Origin: Candidatus Colwellbacteria bacterium
GTDB lineage: Bacteria; Patescibacteriota; Minisyncoccia; UBA6257; Colwellbacteraceae
Reading direction: 5' to 3'
DNA: 64,000 nucleotides
Assembly (NCBI GenBank): GCA_030700125.1
Contig: JAUYKE010000021.1
Coordinates: 2,492 to 66,491, forward strand
Shown: in pieces, positions 30,647 through 42,126 of the stretch
Numbering within the stretch: position 1 is the first letter of the stretch
Layout: each line of letters starts with the position of its first letter
Position numbers and translations under genes: made by a program
The notes under the pieces: model-generated
What the model was told of the DNA's origin: nothing
Databases searched by the model: none
The model's input: the letters and a program-made list of their open reading frames with translations, nothing else

Positions 30647-31903
30647 ATGGCTTTTCGCGACCCGATTTTAGAGAATTTAATAAAAAAGGAAATTAAGCGG
30701 CAAAGGGAGACCTTGGCTTTAATCCCTTCTGAAAATTTCGCTCCCCTAGAAACGCTGAAAATTTTAGGTACTCCTCTATCCAATAAATACTCCGAAGGGT
30801 ATCCCGGAAAGCGCTATTATCCCGGTAATTTTTATTACGATAAAATTGAAACTCTTGCCCAGAAGCGAGCTTTAAAAGTTTTTGGTTTAGATCCAAGAAA
30901 ATGGCACGTGAATGTTCAGCCCTATTCCGGTTCGCCGGGAAACCTCGCAGTTTATTTTGCCTTGGCAGAACCGGGCGAAACGATTATGGGGATGAAGCTT
31001 GCCGATGGCGGACACCTCACTCACGGGCATAAAGTTTCGGCTACCGGAAAATTTTGGAAGAGTGTTCAGTTTGGCATCAATCCTAAAACGGGATTGATTA
31101 ACTACGCTGAGGTGGCAAAGCTGGCAAGGAAACATAGGCCCAAAGTTATTGTTTCAGGATTTACCGCTTATCCCAGAAAAGTTAATTTCAAAAAATTCGG
31201 CGAGATTGCAAAGAGTGTCGGGGCATATCACCTAACCGATATCTCTCACATTGCGGGGCTCATAGCCGGCGGAGTGCATCCTGCGCCTTTTCCCCACGCC
31301 GACGTGGTAATGACTACCACTCACAAATCACTCCGAGGACCCAGGGGAGCTATTCTTTTTATTAATCGGGCGTCCCCCGTCGCAAAGAAAAACAAAGTTG
31401 ACCTCCCGGCTTTAATTGACAGGGCAGTTTTCCCGGGTCTCCAAGGCGGGCCACATAATAACACCACCGCCGCCATGGCAATGGCCTTTTTGGAAGCCAG
31501 TCAGCCCTCTTTTAAGGCTTATGCCAGGCAAATCGCTAAAAACGCAAAAGCCCTCGCGGCAGAGCTTAAGCAACTGGGCTTTAATCTGGTAAGCGGAGGA
31601 ACAGACAGCCATCTTATTCTCATGGATGTGAGAAACTTTGGCCTTGACGGCATGGAGGCGGAAAAACAACTAGAGAAAGCAGGTATTATTGCTAACAGAA
31701 ATTCGGTTCCCGGAGATCCTTCACCTTTTAAACCCTCCGGCATAAGAATGGGAACGCCGGCTCTCACTTCGCGCGGGATGAAAGAAAAAGAAATGGTTGA
31801 AGTGGCACGACTCATCCATCAAGCGCTCCACAAAAAGGCGGGAGCAAAAGCAGCTGTCTTAAAGCTCTGTCGTAAATTCCCGGCCAGAAGATTTTTAGGA
31901 TAA
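30647..31903 (+). CDS. glyA: serine hydroxymethyltransferase
   Basis: LIPSEN, NKYSEGYPGKRYY, GGHLTHG, TTTHKSLRGPRG. Confidence 0.97.
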   Translation: MAFRDPILENLIKKEIKRQRETLALIPSENFAPLETLKILGTPLSNKYSEGYPGKRYYPGNFYYDKIETLAQKRALKVFGLDPRKWHVNVQPYSGSPGNLAVYFALAEPGETIMGMKLADGGHLTHGHKVSATGKFWKSVQFGINPKTGLINYAEVAKLARKHRPKVIVSGFTAYPRKVNFKKFGEIAKSVGAYHLTDISHIAGLIAGGVHPAPFPHADVVMTTTHKSLRGPRGAILFINRASPVAKKNKVDLPALIDRAVFPGLQGGPHNNTTAAMAMAFLEASQPSFKAYARQIAKNAKALAAELKQLGFNLVSGGTDSHLILMDVRNFGLDGMEAEKQLEKAGIIANRNSVPGDPSPFKPSGIRMGTPALTSRGMKEKEMVEVARLIHQALHKKAGAKAAVLKLCRKFPARRFLG

Positions 31904-32265
31904 TGCCAAAAGAAAAGAGGTTAGCTAAAGGCTTTGGAGCTGCCCTCGACGGCTTTAGAGAAACTATCCTCTACGAAAAAAGCTTTAAGGTGATGCTAGT
32001 TATCGCTGCCGTTGTTGTCGCAGCTATGTTCTATTTTCCCACCGGCCCTCTTGAAAAAGTAGTGCTTCTCGCTGCGATCTTTGCTGTTTTGGTGCTTGAG
32101 CTTTTGAACTCTGTCGTTGAACGAGTAATGGATTTTTTGTCGCCGGAATACAATGAGCAGGCAAGAATAGTAAAGGACTTAATGGCCGCCATCGTGTTTT
32201 CGGCTTCCGTCGGCGCCGTTATTATTGGATTAATGATTTTCGTCCCTTATATACTAAGTTGGTGA
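31903..32265 (+). CDS. dgkA: prokaryotic diacylglycerol/undecaprenol kinase
   Basis: VLELLNSVVERVMD...KDLMAA. Confidence 0.85.
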   Translation: MPKEKRLAKGFGAALDGFRETILYEKSFKVMLVIAAVVVAAMFYFPTGPLEKVVLLAAIFAVLVLELLNSVVERVMDFLSPEYNEQARIVKDLMAAIVFSASVGAVIIGLMIFVPYILSW

Positions 32266-33074
32266 AAATAGACGGTCATTCTATCTCGAAAGAGATAATC
32301 GAACATCTTAAAAAATTACCAAAACCGGAAAAGATTTTTGCGGCCATTCTTGTCGGTGATGATCCCCGTTCAGCCAGTTTTCTAAAACAAAAGGAACGGG
32401 TGGCTAAAGAGCTGGGAGTTGATTTCCGGCTCTATAATCTACGGGCTGAACTTGGCAATGACGGTTTGCGGCAGGAGGTAAGGCGGCTCGTGGGAAAAAA
32501 CCCGGTCGGCGGAACCGTTTTCCAGCTGCCTCTTCCGCAAGGACTCAATCCCCACTATGTTTTGAATGCCATTCCGCGCAAGAAGGACGTTGATGTCTTG
32601 ACCGAGCGAGCACTAGGCGCCCTTTACAATGGCCGAAATCCGGTTTTTCCTCCGGCAGTCGCGACTGTAAAAACTATTTTAGAAAAAGTTAATTTTGACT
32701 TAGAGAAAGCAGAAGTAGCAGTAGTCGGGCTGGGTAATTTGGTAGGTAAGCCGGTTAGTGTCTGGCTCACAAGAAAGTGTAAAAACCTCTTTTTATTGAG
32801 GAGGGGCAGCGATTTGGAATTGCTTAAGCGGGCGGATCTTATTATTACTGGAGTCGGCCAGGCAGGACTCATTAAATCAGATATGCTAAAATCCGGCGCA
32901 GGCGTTATCGACTTCGGATATTATTATTCTCCCGATGGCGAAGTGTCCGGCGATTTTTCGGCGGAAGATGGGGGAAAACTAAGTTTTTACACCCCCACGC
33001 CGGGAGGCACAGGCCCGATTTTAGTAGCCGAGCTGTTTCGTAATTTTTATATTTTGAATAGTCAAGAAAGATGA
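32262..33074 (+). CDS. folD: methylenetetrahydrofolate dehydrogenase/cyclohydrolase
   Basis: QLPLP, KDVD, VGKP, IDFG, TPTPGGTGP. Confidence 0.93.
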   Translation: MKIDGHSISKEIIEHLKKLPKPEKIFAAILVGDDPRSASFLKQKERVAKELGVDFRLYNLRAELGNDGLRQEVRRLVGKNPVGGTVFQLPLPQGLNPHYVLNAIPRKKDVDVLTERALGALYNGRNPVFPPAVATVKTILEKVNFDLEKAEVAVVGLGNLVGKPVSVWLTRKCKNLFLLRRGSDLELLKRADLIITGVGQAGLIKSDMLKSGAGVIDFGYYYSPDGEVSGDFSAEDGGKLSFYTPTPGGTGPILVAELFRNFYILNSQER

Positions 33075-33946
33075 GAAAAACCTTAGTTATTTTTACTTTG
33101 GCTGCGGTGGCAGGACTCCTAATCGGCGGGATATTATTCTGGCAAAGAGTCTATTTTTTTAACGGCAAAATCGGAATAAGCCAGGATTTGGCTCTACTAG
33201 TTCTGGGACAAGTTTCTCCCGGAGAAGGAGGCCAGTGGCACAATGCTCCCGAGCTGGCTGATTCCATTGTCCTTGTTTACTACAACGCCGACACAAAAAC
33301 GGTAAACCTTATTTCTTTACCCCGCGACCTCTACGGCACTTTCGGCGGCGAGAGTTTTAAATTAAACGAAGTTGCTAAACGTAAAAAAGTTGATGATCTT
33401 CTCGTCAAGATGCCCGAAATAACCGGAGTGGAAACGGAAAAATATGTCATCGTTAACTTGGGAATCGTGGAGAAAGTAGTTGATAACTTGGGCGGGGTGG
33501 ATGTTGTCCTTGAAGCTCCGGTTACTGATCCGGTAAGCGGCTTTACCCTTAAAAAGGGCTTAAATCATTTAAACGGTAACCAGGCGGCTTTCCTCGTTAG
33601 AAATAGATTCGCGCCGGAAGGAGATTTCTTCCGGGAAAGACACCAGCACCTTTTGATAAAAGCTATTTTTGACAAACTAAGCGAGCAAGGTTCCGCCGAC
33701 CGCACAAAATTTTTCTTCCAGATTTTGCCGGAAGTCGCTAGATCCCAATCAAACTTTAGTGTTGGAGAGCTTATTCCCCAGTTAGGTAATATTAATGTAG
33801 AGAAATTTAATAGCATCACCCTGGATTTCCAAACCGGTGTTCTTGTGAGTTCCCAAGACCCAATCGGCGCCTACATCCTAATCCCCAAAGAAGGAATCGA
33901 TAACTACGCCGGCGTAAGAAAATTTATTGAGAGCAAGCTGAAGTAG
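33071..33946 (+). CDS. LytR-CpsA-Psr (LCP) family protein
   Basis: ADSI, ISLPRDL, VDNLGGVDV, VRNR...GDFFR..Q. Confidence 0.9.
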   Translation: MRKTLVIFTLAAVAGLLIGGILFWQRVYFFNGKIGISQDLALLVLGQVSPGEGGQWHNAPELADSIVLVYYNADTKTVNLISLPRDLYGTFGGESFKLNEVAKRKKVDDLLVKMPEITGVETEKYVIVNLGIVEKVVDNLGGVDVVLEAPVTDPVSGFTLKKGLNHLNGNQAAFLVRNRFAPEGDFFRERHQHLLIKAIFDKLSEQGSADRTKFFFQILPEVARSQSNFSVGELIPQLGNINVEKFNSITLDFQTGVLVSSQDPIGAYILIPKEGIDNYAGVRKFIESKLK

Positions 33947-33948
33947 CT

Positions 33949-34431
33949 CTAGATATATCTGTCTGCCACCGAGGAGGCGGCGTAGGCCTCGGGCTTAGTT
34001 TTGACCTCAAGGTTGTTGGCGCGAATCATTCCCACCAATTCTTGGATCATTTTACTTGATTGGCCGTTAGTGCCGACATCAACGTGAACTTCTAGATCAT
34101 ATTGAGGAGTATCAAATTGTCTTAGATAACTCAAAACTGTTTTCGCAATTTCAATAGATACAATCACCTCCTGCATTATTCTGTCTCTCATCGTGTAGAG
34201 CTTGTGAAGCTCATCTCGCCGCCAAAAGAATCGGCCGCCGTTGCCGATGCGATGAACAACGATGGCGGTGACAAAATCAGCCGAGGTTTTATCAAATACT
34301 TCCGAATCAGTACCAATAGTTACCTTGTAAGAACGGCCGGGCTCCGCCTGCATAAAGGCGATAACTTCAGTTGCCGCTTCCTTGACGGTAAGCTTGCCGC
34401 CGCTGGAATTGTTAAAAAGGGGTTCTGTCAT
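33949..34431 (-). CDS. RNase H-like YkuK (DUF458) family protein
   Basis: IGTDS, TAIVVHRIGNGGRFF, EVHVDVG, KPEAYAASSVAD. Confidence 0.88.
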   Translation of the reverse strand: MTEPLFNNSSGGKLTVKEAATEVIAFMQAEPGRSYKVTIGTDSEVFDKTSADFVTAIVVHRIGNGGRFFWRRDELHKLYTMRDRIMQEVIVSIEIAKTVLSYLRQFDTPQYDLEVHVDVGTNGQSSKMIQELVGMIRANNLEVKTKPEAYAASSVADRYI

Positions 34432-34489
34432 TCTGGCCTCTATGGTAAGCACAGTTTAAATTAAAGGCAATAGCTGTTAAATTTAAGAG

Positions 34490-36571
34490 GTGGCAAGAAA
34501 AAGAAGGAAGAGACGAAATAAATTTCCGGAGCCGAATCTTCCTAAGAAGACTTTGCATAGCGAAACCAAAATGAGCATTGTGGCTATCGCCCTTTTGGGC
34601 TTAGCTATTCTTCTTGTCCTCGCAGGTTTCGAGGCAGCCGGGCCAGCGGGTGATTTTATCTTTAGCGCTCTTCAAAAACTCCTCGGCTGGGGCTATTTTC
34701 TCGCCCCTCTAATCCTCTTTCTGATTGGATTAAATCTCCTTACTCAAGCCAAGCGGGTGGTGATGGGTCCAGCGCTTATCGCTTCCGCTTTCTTTGTGAT
34801 GGCTGGCTTGGGGGTTATTGATCTTATCTCCTCCGAAAGCGGAGGCCTTTTGGGTAGCACCTTAGGCAGCTTAGGTCTTCTTTTCGGCACCGCCGCGGCC
34901 TTAGTCATCAACTTTACGATTCTCATAGTAACTGTCCTCGTCATTTTAAATGCTCCTTTAAATCTCCACCTCCCATTCTTAAAACCTAAAGAGCCGAAGA
35001 TTATTATGCCGGGGGCGCCCCCGACGGGTGCTTCTGACGAGGTTCAGTCAGAAGAAAAGAAAGAGGAGATTGAAAAGCCGAGGATAGTTGAGCCCTCTAC
35101 CTCCGTTGCCGCATCCTCGCCGCTCCCCTTGGCACTTGAGAAAGAAGTGATCCACAAAAGCCGAACCTACGTGCCGCCGCCCTTGAATCTTTTAAAATCA
35201 TCGACCGAAAAGCCAGTCGTCGGCGACTTGCGAGCCAATGCCAATATCATTAAAAGAAGCCTGGAGAGTTTCGGTATCCCGGTAGAGATGGGAGAAATTA
35301 CTATCGGCCCCAAGGTTACCCGCTACACTTTAAAACCGGCCGAAGGAGTAAAACTCTCCCGCATTATCGCTCTCCGGTCTGATCTAAGCCTAGCTTTAGC
35401 CGCCCATCCTATCAGGATTGAAGCTCCTATTCCCGGCCGTTCTTTAGTCGGAATTGAAATTCCAAATAAAGTCGGCAGCATTGTCCGGCTTGGCGCCATC
35501 CTCGCTTACCCCGAGTTTAAAAAATCGGCTAATCTGGGCTTTCCTTTAGGGAGGGACGTCGCCGGTGAGCCGATTTTCGTAAATCTCTCCCGCATGCCTC
35601 ACTTTTTGATCGCCGGGTCAACCGGCTCCGGAAAATCCATTGCCATCCACTCCCTTATTCTCTCCATGCTCTATAAAAACTCACCCGAGATTCTCCGCTT
35701 TATTCTTATTGACCCCAAGCGAGTGGAGCTCTCCGTCTACGAAGGCATTCCTCATCTTCTGACACCTGTCATTATCGATGGTAAAAAAGCCATCGCAGCT
35801 CTCGGATTTGCCATTCACGAGATGGAACGGCGCTACGAAGTGTTACTCAAAGCCGGCAAAAGAGACATTGCCGGTCATAATGCCGAGCGGCGTAACGACC
35901 CTATGCCATATCTTGTAATCATCATAGATGAATTGGCCGACCTTATGAGCGCTTACGGCAGAGAGATTGAAGGGTCAATTGTTCGGTTGGCGCAGATGGC
36001 GCGAGCTACGGGTATTCACTTGGTTGTCTCCACCCAAAGACCTTCGGTGGAAGTCATCACGGGGCTAATCAAGGCCAACATTTCTTCAAGAATGGCTCTC
36101 CAGGTTGCGAGTCAGGTTGACTCCCGCACTATACTGGACATGGCCGGGGCGGAAAGCCTCTTGGGCGGAGGAGATATGCTATTTCTTTCGGCCGAGATGA
36201 GTAAGCCCAGAAGAATTCAAGGGACCTATGTAGGCGAGGAGGAAGTGAAGAGCGTAGTTGAATTTATTCGGAGAGAGAATCCGGCTTTTGAGAGTAACCA
36301 TCTTGGCGAAGAGGCAGCCAGAAGCTTAAGTCGGCCAAGGGTTGATCATTTTGGAGAGGAAAATGGTATAGACGACGATCTTTACGAAGAGGCGATAAGA
36401 GTCGTAAAAGAGGCCAAGAAGGCCTCGGCCTCTCTCCTCCAGCGACGGCTAAAAATTGGTTACGCCAGGGCCGCCAGATTAATTGATATAATGGAAGAGC
36501 GCGGCATAGTGGGCTTCGCCGAGGGAGCTAAACCCCGTCCGGTTTTTATCAATGAGGAAAATCAGGAATAG
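34490..36571 (+). CDS. ftsK: DNA translocase FtsK/SpoIIIE
   Basis: N-terminal TMs, AGSTGSGKS, IDELAD, gamma domain ASLLQRRLKIGYARAAR. Confidence 0.97.
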   Translation: MARKRRKRRNKFPEPNLPKKTLHSETKMSIVAIALLGLAILLVLAGFEAAGPAGDFIFSALQKLLGWGYFLAPLILFLIGLNLLTQAKRVVMGPALIASAFFVMAGLGVIDLISSESGGLLGSTLGSLGLLFGTAAALVINFTILIVTVLVILNAPLNLHLPFLKPKEPKIIMPGAPPTGASDEVQSEEKKEEIEKPRIVEPSTSVAASSPLPLALEKEVIHKSRTYVPPPLNLLKSSTEKPVVGDLRANANIIKRSLESFGIPVEMGEITIGPKVTRYTLKPAEGVKLSRIIALRSDLSLALAAHPIRIEAPIPGRSLVGIEIPNKVGSIVRLGAILAYPEFKKSANLGFPLGRDVAGEPIFVNLSRMPHFLIAGSTGSGKSIAIHSLILSMLYKNSPEILRFILIDPKRVELSVYEGIPHLLTPVIIDGKKAIAALGFAIHEMERRYEVLLKAGKRDIAGHNAERRNDPMPYLVIIIDELADLMSAYGREIEGSIVRLAQMARATGIHLVVSTQRPSVEVITGLIKANISSRMALQVASQVDSRTILDMAGAESLLGGGDMLFLSAEMSKPRRIQGTYVGEEEVKSVVEFIRRENPAFESNHLGEEAARSLSRPRVDHFGEENGIDDDLYEEAIRVVKEAKKASASLLQRRLKIGYARAARLIDIMEERGIVGFAEGAKPRPVFINEENQE

Positions 36572-36583
36572 TTTAAAATAATC

Positions 36584-37213
36584 TTGGAACGGGAAGAACG
36601 TCAAAACATAACATCAATCTTGAAGGAGCTCATGGAATCCAAGGGGATGGACGCCGGTAAGCTTTCTGATCTAACTGACGTGCCGCAACGTTTTATCGTA
36701 TCTTTGGTCAGCGGCGACTTCAAAAATCTCCCTTCCGAGCCCTATATCAGAGGGTATCTTTTTAAGGTCGCCGGCGTCCTAGATGCTGATCCCAACTTTC
36801 TCTGGCGGAGTTTCCGCCAGTCCTCCGAGATCCATTCTTCTGGCTCTGCGGATTTACTGCCCGCCAACCGCTTTAGCCTGCAAAGAATTAGCAGCAAGAA
36901 AGTTTGGATTGTCTTCATAGTTCTCATCGTGCTGGGCTTCCTTGGCTTCCGGGTAGACAGCATCTTGGGAATGCCGACTCTTGATGTAACTCTCCCTGAA
37001 ACAACTACCAGTCAGACTATTAACGTCACTGGCAAAGTAAATCCCGGAGACACTCTTACCTTAAACAACGAAGTGGTTTATCCTGACGAGAGAGGTCAAT
37101 TTGAAAAGGAAGTTCAGCTGGAAACGGGCTTAAATACCCTGGAGTTTAGAGCCAAACGTTTCCTCGGTCGGGAAACGAGGATAGTAAAACAGGTGTTCTA
37201 CCAACCCCAATAA
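36584..37213 (+). CDS. RodZ-like HTH membrane protein with C-terminal Ig-like domain
   Basis: N-terminal HTH with [11 protein letters not shown], one TM, GLNTLEF. Confidence 0.75.
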   Translation: MEREERQNITSILKELMESKGMDAGKLSDLTDVPQRFIVSLVSGDFKNLPSEPYIRGYLFKVAGVLDADPNFLWRSFRQSSEIHSSGSADLLPANRFSLQRISSKKVWIVFIVLIVLGFLGFRVDSILGMPTLDVTLPETTTSQTINVTGKVNPGDTLTLNNEVVYPDERGQFEKEVQLETGLNTLEFRAKRFLGRETRIVKQVFYQPQ

Positions 37214-38214
37214 TGGTTAAAAAAGAAAAAGTGCAAGAAAAATCAGGTGATCTGGATTCACTTCTCCAGGCTCTGCGAACCAAGTTTGGCGAAGAAGCAG
37301 TTATGAAGTTAGGGGAAATTCGGGGCGTAAATGTTGAAGTTATTCCGACGGGTTCATTGTCGCTTGACCTCGCCTTGGGGGTCGGCGGTCTGCCTAAGGG
37401 GCGAATCGTTGAAATCTTTGGTCCCGAATCTTCCGGCAAAACCACCTTGGCGTTGAATGTCATCGCCCAAGCGCAAAAGCAGGGTGGCCGCGCGGCTTTT
37501 ATTGACGCCGAGCACGGCATGGATCCGGATTACGCCAAGCGCATAGGCGTGAATGTGAATGAACTTTTAGTCTCTCAGCCCTCGAGTGGAGAAGAGGCGT
37601 TAAATATTCTGGAGAGTTTAGTCCGCTCCGGAATTATCGATGTTATCGTGGTTGACTCTGTGGCAGCGTTAACTCCCCAGCGAGAAATCGACGGTGAGAT
37701 GGGAGACCAGCACATAGGACTCCAAGCTCGGATGATGTCCCAAGCCCTAAGGAAGCTCACTGCCATCGCGGCGAAGAGTGGAACTATGATTGTCTTTATC
37801 AATCAGCTAAGAGAAAAGATAGGCGTAATGTGGGGGAACCCGGAAACGACTCCCGGCGGCCGGGCGCTTAAATTTTATTCTTCAGTGAGAATTGATATTC
37901 GCCGAATAGCTCAAATAAAGAAGGGAGATCAGGCAGTTGGAAATCGGGTAAAAGCCAAAGTAGTTAAAAATAAAGTTGCTCCGCCTTTTAGGGTAGCGGA
38001 GTTCGATATTATCTTCGGCGAAGGGATTTCTTACGAAGGTGATGTGTTGAATATGGCCCTGAATCAAGGAGTGGTGAAAAAGAGCGGCGCGAGCTACAGC
38101 TTCGGCGAGGAAAAGCTCGGTGTAGGCCTTGAGACCGTCCGCAAAAAACTTGAAGAAGATAAAAAACTGCTGAATCAGATCAAGAAGAAAGTTTTAGAGG
38201 TGGTAAAATCATAA
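37213..38214 (+). CDS. recA: recombinase RecA
   Basis: [27 protein letters not shown]. Confidence 0.99.
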   Translation: MVKKEKVQEKSGDLDSLLQALRTKFGEEAVMKLGEIRGVNVEVIPTGSLSLDLALGVGGLPKGRIVEIFGPESSGKTTLALNVIAQAQKQGGRAAFIDAEHGMDPDYAKRIGVNVNELLVSQPSSGEEALNILESLVRSGIIDVIVVDSVAALTPQREIDGEMGDQHIGLQARMMSQALRKLTAIAAKSGTMIVFINQLREKIGVMWGNPETTPGGRALKFYSSVRIDIRRIAQIKKGDQAVGNRVKAKVVKNKVAPPFRVAEFDIIFGEGISYEGDVLNMALNQGVVKKSGASYSFGEEKLGVGLETVRKKLEEDKKLLNQIKKKVLEVVKS

Positions 38215-38234
38215 TTTTTGCTACCCCATTTTCT

Positions 38235-39440
38235 ATGGAGAAAGTCTATCTTGACTATTCCGCCTCCACCCCAGTAGCTCCGGAAGTAAGAGAAGCGATG
38301 GAGCCATATTTTAGCGAGCATTTTGGTAATCCCGGCTCAATTCATTCCTGGGGACAAAAGGCGCAGGCCGCCTTAGACCATTCCCGAGAAATTATTGCCG
38401 ATGAATTAAATGTAAAATTCAGCGAAGTTGTTTTTACCGGTTCGGCCACCGAGGCTAATAACTTAGTAGTTAGAGGAGTAGCGGCAGGCAGCAAGGGAAT
38501 TGATAAACCAAGAATTATAGTTTCGGCGATTGAGCATCCTTCAGTTTTGGAAACCGCCCGTACGCTCACGGCCGACGGAGTAGAAGTGGTCTGTCTCGGA
38601 GTAAACAGGGAGGGATTCATAGATCCCCAAGCGCTAAAAAATTCCCTGAACGAGCGGACGGTGCTTGTTTCTATCATTTATGCCTCAAACGAGATTGGCA
38701 CCATCCAGCCAATTAAAGAAGTCGCGAGAATAATTTCCGAATTTCGGGAAAGCAAGAAAAAACTTTCTTTGGGGCAGCGCAGCGGGTTGAGGGAAGAAAA
38801 TTTTCTCTTGCAGTACCCTCTCTTTCACACCGATATTGTTCAAGCTTTTCAGTTCTTTAAGATGGACTTGCAAGAGCTTGGGGTGGATGCGTTTTCAATC
38901 TCCGGTCATAAAATTTATGGTCCCAAAGGGGTGGGGATATTAGTTTTAAGAAACGAATGGGAGCCTTATCTCGGCCGGATTATTACCGGCGGCCACCAGG
39001 AGCTCGGCCTCCGCGCCGGAACAGAAAATGTGCCGGCAATTGTCGGCTTAGGTAAGGCGGTAGAGCTCGTGAGCCACGATCGCGAAGAAGAAGCAAAGAG
39101 AATTGGGAGTTTAAGGGATTATTTTTGGGAAAAGCTGAAGAGAGCCGTACCGGAGATTGAGCTTAATGGCTCACTGGGCAACCGCCTGCCGAATAACCTC
39201 AACATCTGTTTTCCTAACAAAGAGGGTGGGGATCTCTTGATTAAGTTAGATCAAGCGGGGGTGGCGGTCTCCGCGGGTTCGGCGTGTTCAGCAAAAGCGC
39301 CAAAGCCCTCCCATGTTATCACCGCCCTGGGAATGGGCGAGAAACGAGCAAAGCAGAGTTTACGTTTCACTTTAGGTAGACCGACCACAAAAGAAGAAAT
39401 TGATATGGCGCTAGAACGCATCATTAAGTTAGTAAGTTGA
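38235..39440 (+). CDS. iscS: cysteine desulfurase (IscS/NifS family)
   Basis: YLDYSAST, SGHKIYGPKG, RAGTEN, SAGSACS. Confidence 0.93.
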   Translation: MEKVYLDYSASTPVAPEVREAMEPYFSEHFGNPGSIHSWGQKAQAALDHSREIIADELNVKFSEVVFTGSATEANNLVVRGVAAGSKGIDKPRIIVSAIEHPSVLETARTLTADGVEVVCLGVNREGFIDPQALKNSLNERTVLVSIIYASNEIGTIQPIKEVARIISEFRESKKKLSLGQRSGLREENFLLQYPLFHTDIVQAFQFFKMDLQELGVDAFSISGHKIYGPKGVGILVLRNEWEPYLGRIITGGHQELGLRAGTENVPAIVGLGKAVELVSHDREEEAKRIGSLRDYFWEKLKRAVPEIELNGSLGNRLPNNLNICFPNKEGGDLLIKLDQAGVAVSAGSACSAKAPKPSHVITALGMGEKRAKQSLRFTLGRPTTKEEIDMALERIIKLVS

Positions 39441-39483
39441 ACTTGACATTTTAAGAAATTTACTCTAATACTGTTCTTATAAG

Positions 39484-42126
39484 ATGAATCCTTTTAATCG
39501 TTTCACTATAAAAGCTCAAGAAGCTCTCCAGCGGGCCCAAGATCTGGCTGTGGCCCAAAACCACGGTGAGTTTAAAGCCCTCCATCTCTTGTCAGCCCTC
39601 ATCGCTGACCCTGACTCCTTAGTCAGGCCTATTATTACTCATGCCGGCGTCAATTTAGAGGTCTTAAACGACGCGATTGATGAGGAGCTAAAGAAGCTTC
39701 CAAAAGTTTTTTCAACGGCTGCCGTTGGTCAGCTTTATCTTTCGCAGGAGGTAATGCTTGTTATCGATCGAGCCGCTAAAGCTGCCGCGGGCGCCAAGGA
39801 TGAATTTATTTCACCCGAGCACCTGCTTCTGGGAATCTTGACGGTGGAGTCAGCCGCCCAACTTATTCTTGAGCGTTTCGGATTAAGGCGGGAGTCAGTT
39901 CTCCGTAGTGTAGCCAAGCTTCGCGGCGGAGCTCGGATTACTGATGAAATGCCTGAGAGTAAGTTTCAAGCGCTTGAGAAATATTCAATCAACCTCACCG
40001 ATTTTGCGAGAGACGGCAAACTCGATCCGGTTATCGGTCGAGAGGAGGAATTGCGCCGAGTGATTCAGATTCTCTCTCGCCGAACCAAAAACAACCCGAT
40101 TCTAATCGGTGAACCGGGAGTTGGTAAAACCGCTATTGTTGAAGGCTTGGCACAGAGGATTGTCTCCGGCAACATTCCTGAAACACTCAAAGACAAAGAA
40201 GTGGTCACTCTTGATTTAGGGGCCTTGATTGCCGGCACCAAATTTAGGGGCGAATTTGAAGATCGCCTGAAGGCCTTCATCCGTGAAATCCAGAATTCTG
40301 CCGGCCGAATCATTCTTTTCATTGATGAGATTCACACTATTGTCGGCGCTGGAGCGGCCGAAGGGGCAATTGACGCTTCTAATCTTTTAAAACCCGCTTT
40401 GGCACGAGGCGAGCTTCATGCTATTGGCGCCACTACTCTTAAAGAATTTCAACGCCATATTGAAAAAGACCCGGCCCTAGAGCGCCGGTTCCAGCCGGTC
40501 TTAGTGGAGGAGCCGACCATTGAAGATAGCATTACTATCCTCCGCGGTCTCAAGGAAAAATATGAGCTCCACCATGGTCTTCGCATTAGCGACGAGGCAT
40601 TAATTTCAGCAGTCAACCTCTCTGCCCGTTACATCAGCAACCGCTTCTTGCCGGACAAGGCAGTGGACGTAATAGACGAAGCAGCCGCGGCAAGAAAACT
40701 GGAAAGCGCCAGCTTACCGAAAGACATTGGTGAGGTTCGCCGCGAAATCACCTCCTTAGAGATAGAAAAAGCCGCTCTTAAAAGTGAGACTAGTAAGGCG
40801 GGCACTCTAAGAGTCAAAGTAATTGAGAAGCGGCTAGAAGAGTTACGAAGCGAGAATGAAGACCTCTCAGCTGAATGGGAGGCCGAGAGAATGCTATTCG
40901 AAAAATTAAACGCCCTCCGAGAACGGGTGGATGTTCTAAAAAGAGAAAAGGAAGTGGCCGAGCGGGAAGGCGACTTGGAGCGGGTGGCAAGAATCATTTA
41001 TGGCGAGTTACCAGCCGCCACTAAAGAGTATAAATCGTTTGAGAAGAAATATTTCTCTAAGCCGGCCCAAGGAAAGAGTAGGGGGAAGCGCCAGTTTTTG
41101 AAACAAGAAGTTGACGAAGAGGATGTGGCGGAAGTGATTACCCGCTGGACAGGCGTTCCAATGCAAAATATTTTGGAATCCGAAGGTCAGAAACTGAAGA
41201 GAATTGAAGAGGTTTTGAGAGAGCGAGTTATCGGCCAAGACGAAGCCATTAGAGGCGTTTCAAGCGCTCTCCGGAGAGCGAGAACGGGGCTAGCTCCTCT
41301 TGATCGGCCGCTGGGATCATTTATGTTCCTGGGGCCAACTGGAGTTGGAAAAACCGAGCTAGCAAGGGCTCTAGCCGAATTTATGTTTGATGACGAAAAA
41401 GCGCTTGTCCGAATTGACATGTCCGAATACATGGATCGCCACACCACTTCTCGGCTTGTAGGAGCCCCGCCCGGATACGTTGGTTTTGAGGAAGGCGGAC
41501 AGCTCACAGAGATCATTCGCCACCGCCCTTACAGCTTGATTCTTTTTGATGAGATTGAAAAAGCTCATCCGGAAGTTTTTAACATGCTTCTCCAAGTGCT
41601 GGATAACGGCCGATTAACCGACGGCAAGGGGCGAACGGTAAACTTCCGTAACACTATCATCATTATGACCTCTAATGTCGGCAGTGAATTCTCCCGCGCC
41701 ATGTCGCGCATGGGTTTTGCCGCCTCGGAGGAATCAAACGATAAAGCTAAAGAGGAAGAGTATCGAAGTCGCATTCAAGAATCACTCCGAAGCCAGTTTC
41801 GACCGGAATTCTTAAACCGCTTGGATGAAACCATTATTTTTAATGCGCTTGACAGGAAGGTCATCTCCCAGATTGTAGAGATTCAACTGAAACAACTTAC
41901 CGAACACCTGAAGGATCGGGGAATGAAATTGGCCATTGACTCCTCAGCTAAGAAATATATTACCGAGCATGGATTTGACCCCGAATACGGCGCTCGACCC
42001 ATCAAGCGACTCATTCAAAAGGCGATTCTCGACAATTTAGCCGACAGAATAATTAAGGGAGAGATTAAGGATGGCAGCAAAATTAGAGTTAGGGGGGAGG
42101 CATCCGGTATTAGGGTTACTGCTTAA
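39484..42126 (+). CDS. clpB: ATP-dependent chaperone ClpB
   Basis: Clp N domain, two AAA modules ([16 protein letters not shown]), long middle coiled coil. Confidence 0.93.
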   Translation: MNPFNRFTIKAQEALQRAQDLAVAQNHGEFKALHLLSALIADPDSLVRPIITHAGVNLEVLNDAIDEELKKLPKVFSTAAVGQLYLSQEVMLVIDRAAKAAAGAKDEFISPEHLLLGILTVESAAQLILERFGLRRESVLRSVAKLRGGARITDEMPESKFQALEKYSINLTDFARDGKLDPVIGREEELRRVIQILSRRTKNNPILIGEPGVGKTAIVEGLAQRIVSGNIPETLKDKEVVTLDLGALIAGTKFRGEFEDRLKAFIREIQNSAGRIILFIDEIHTIVGAGAAEGAIDASNLLKPALARGELHAIGATTLKEFQRHIEKDPALERRFQPVLVEEPTIEDSITILRGLKEKYELHHGLRISDEALISAVNLSARYISNRFLPDKAVDVIDEAAAARKLESASLPKDIGEVRREITSLEIEKAALKSETSKAGTLRVKVIEKRLEELRSENEDLSAEWEAERMLFEKLNALRERVDVLKREKEVAEREGDLERVARIIYGELPAATKEYKSFEKKYFSKPAQGKSRGKRQFLKQEVDEEDVAEVITRWTGVPMQNILESEGQKLKRIEEVLRERVIGQDEAIRGVSSALRRARTGLAPLDRPLGSFMFLGPTGVGKTELARALAEFMFDDEKALVRIDMSEYMDRHTTSRLVGAPPGYVGFEEGGQLTEIIRHRPYSLILFDEIEKAHPEVFNMLLQVLDNGRLTDGKGRTVNFRNTIIIMTSNVGSEFSRAMSRMGFAASEESNDKAKEEEYRSRIQESLRSQFRPEFLNRLDETIIFNALDRKVISQIVEIQLKQLTEHLKDRGMKLAIDSSAKKYITEHGFDPEYGARPIKRLIQKAILDNLADRIIKGEIKDGSKIRVRGEASGIRVTA

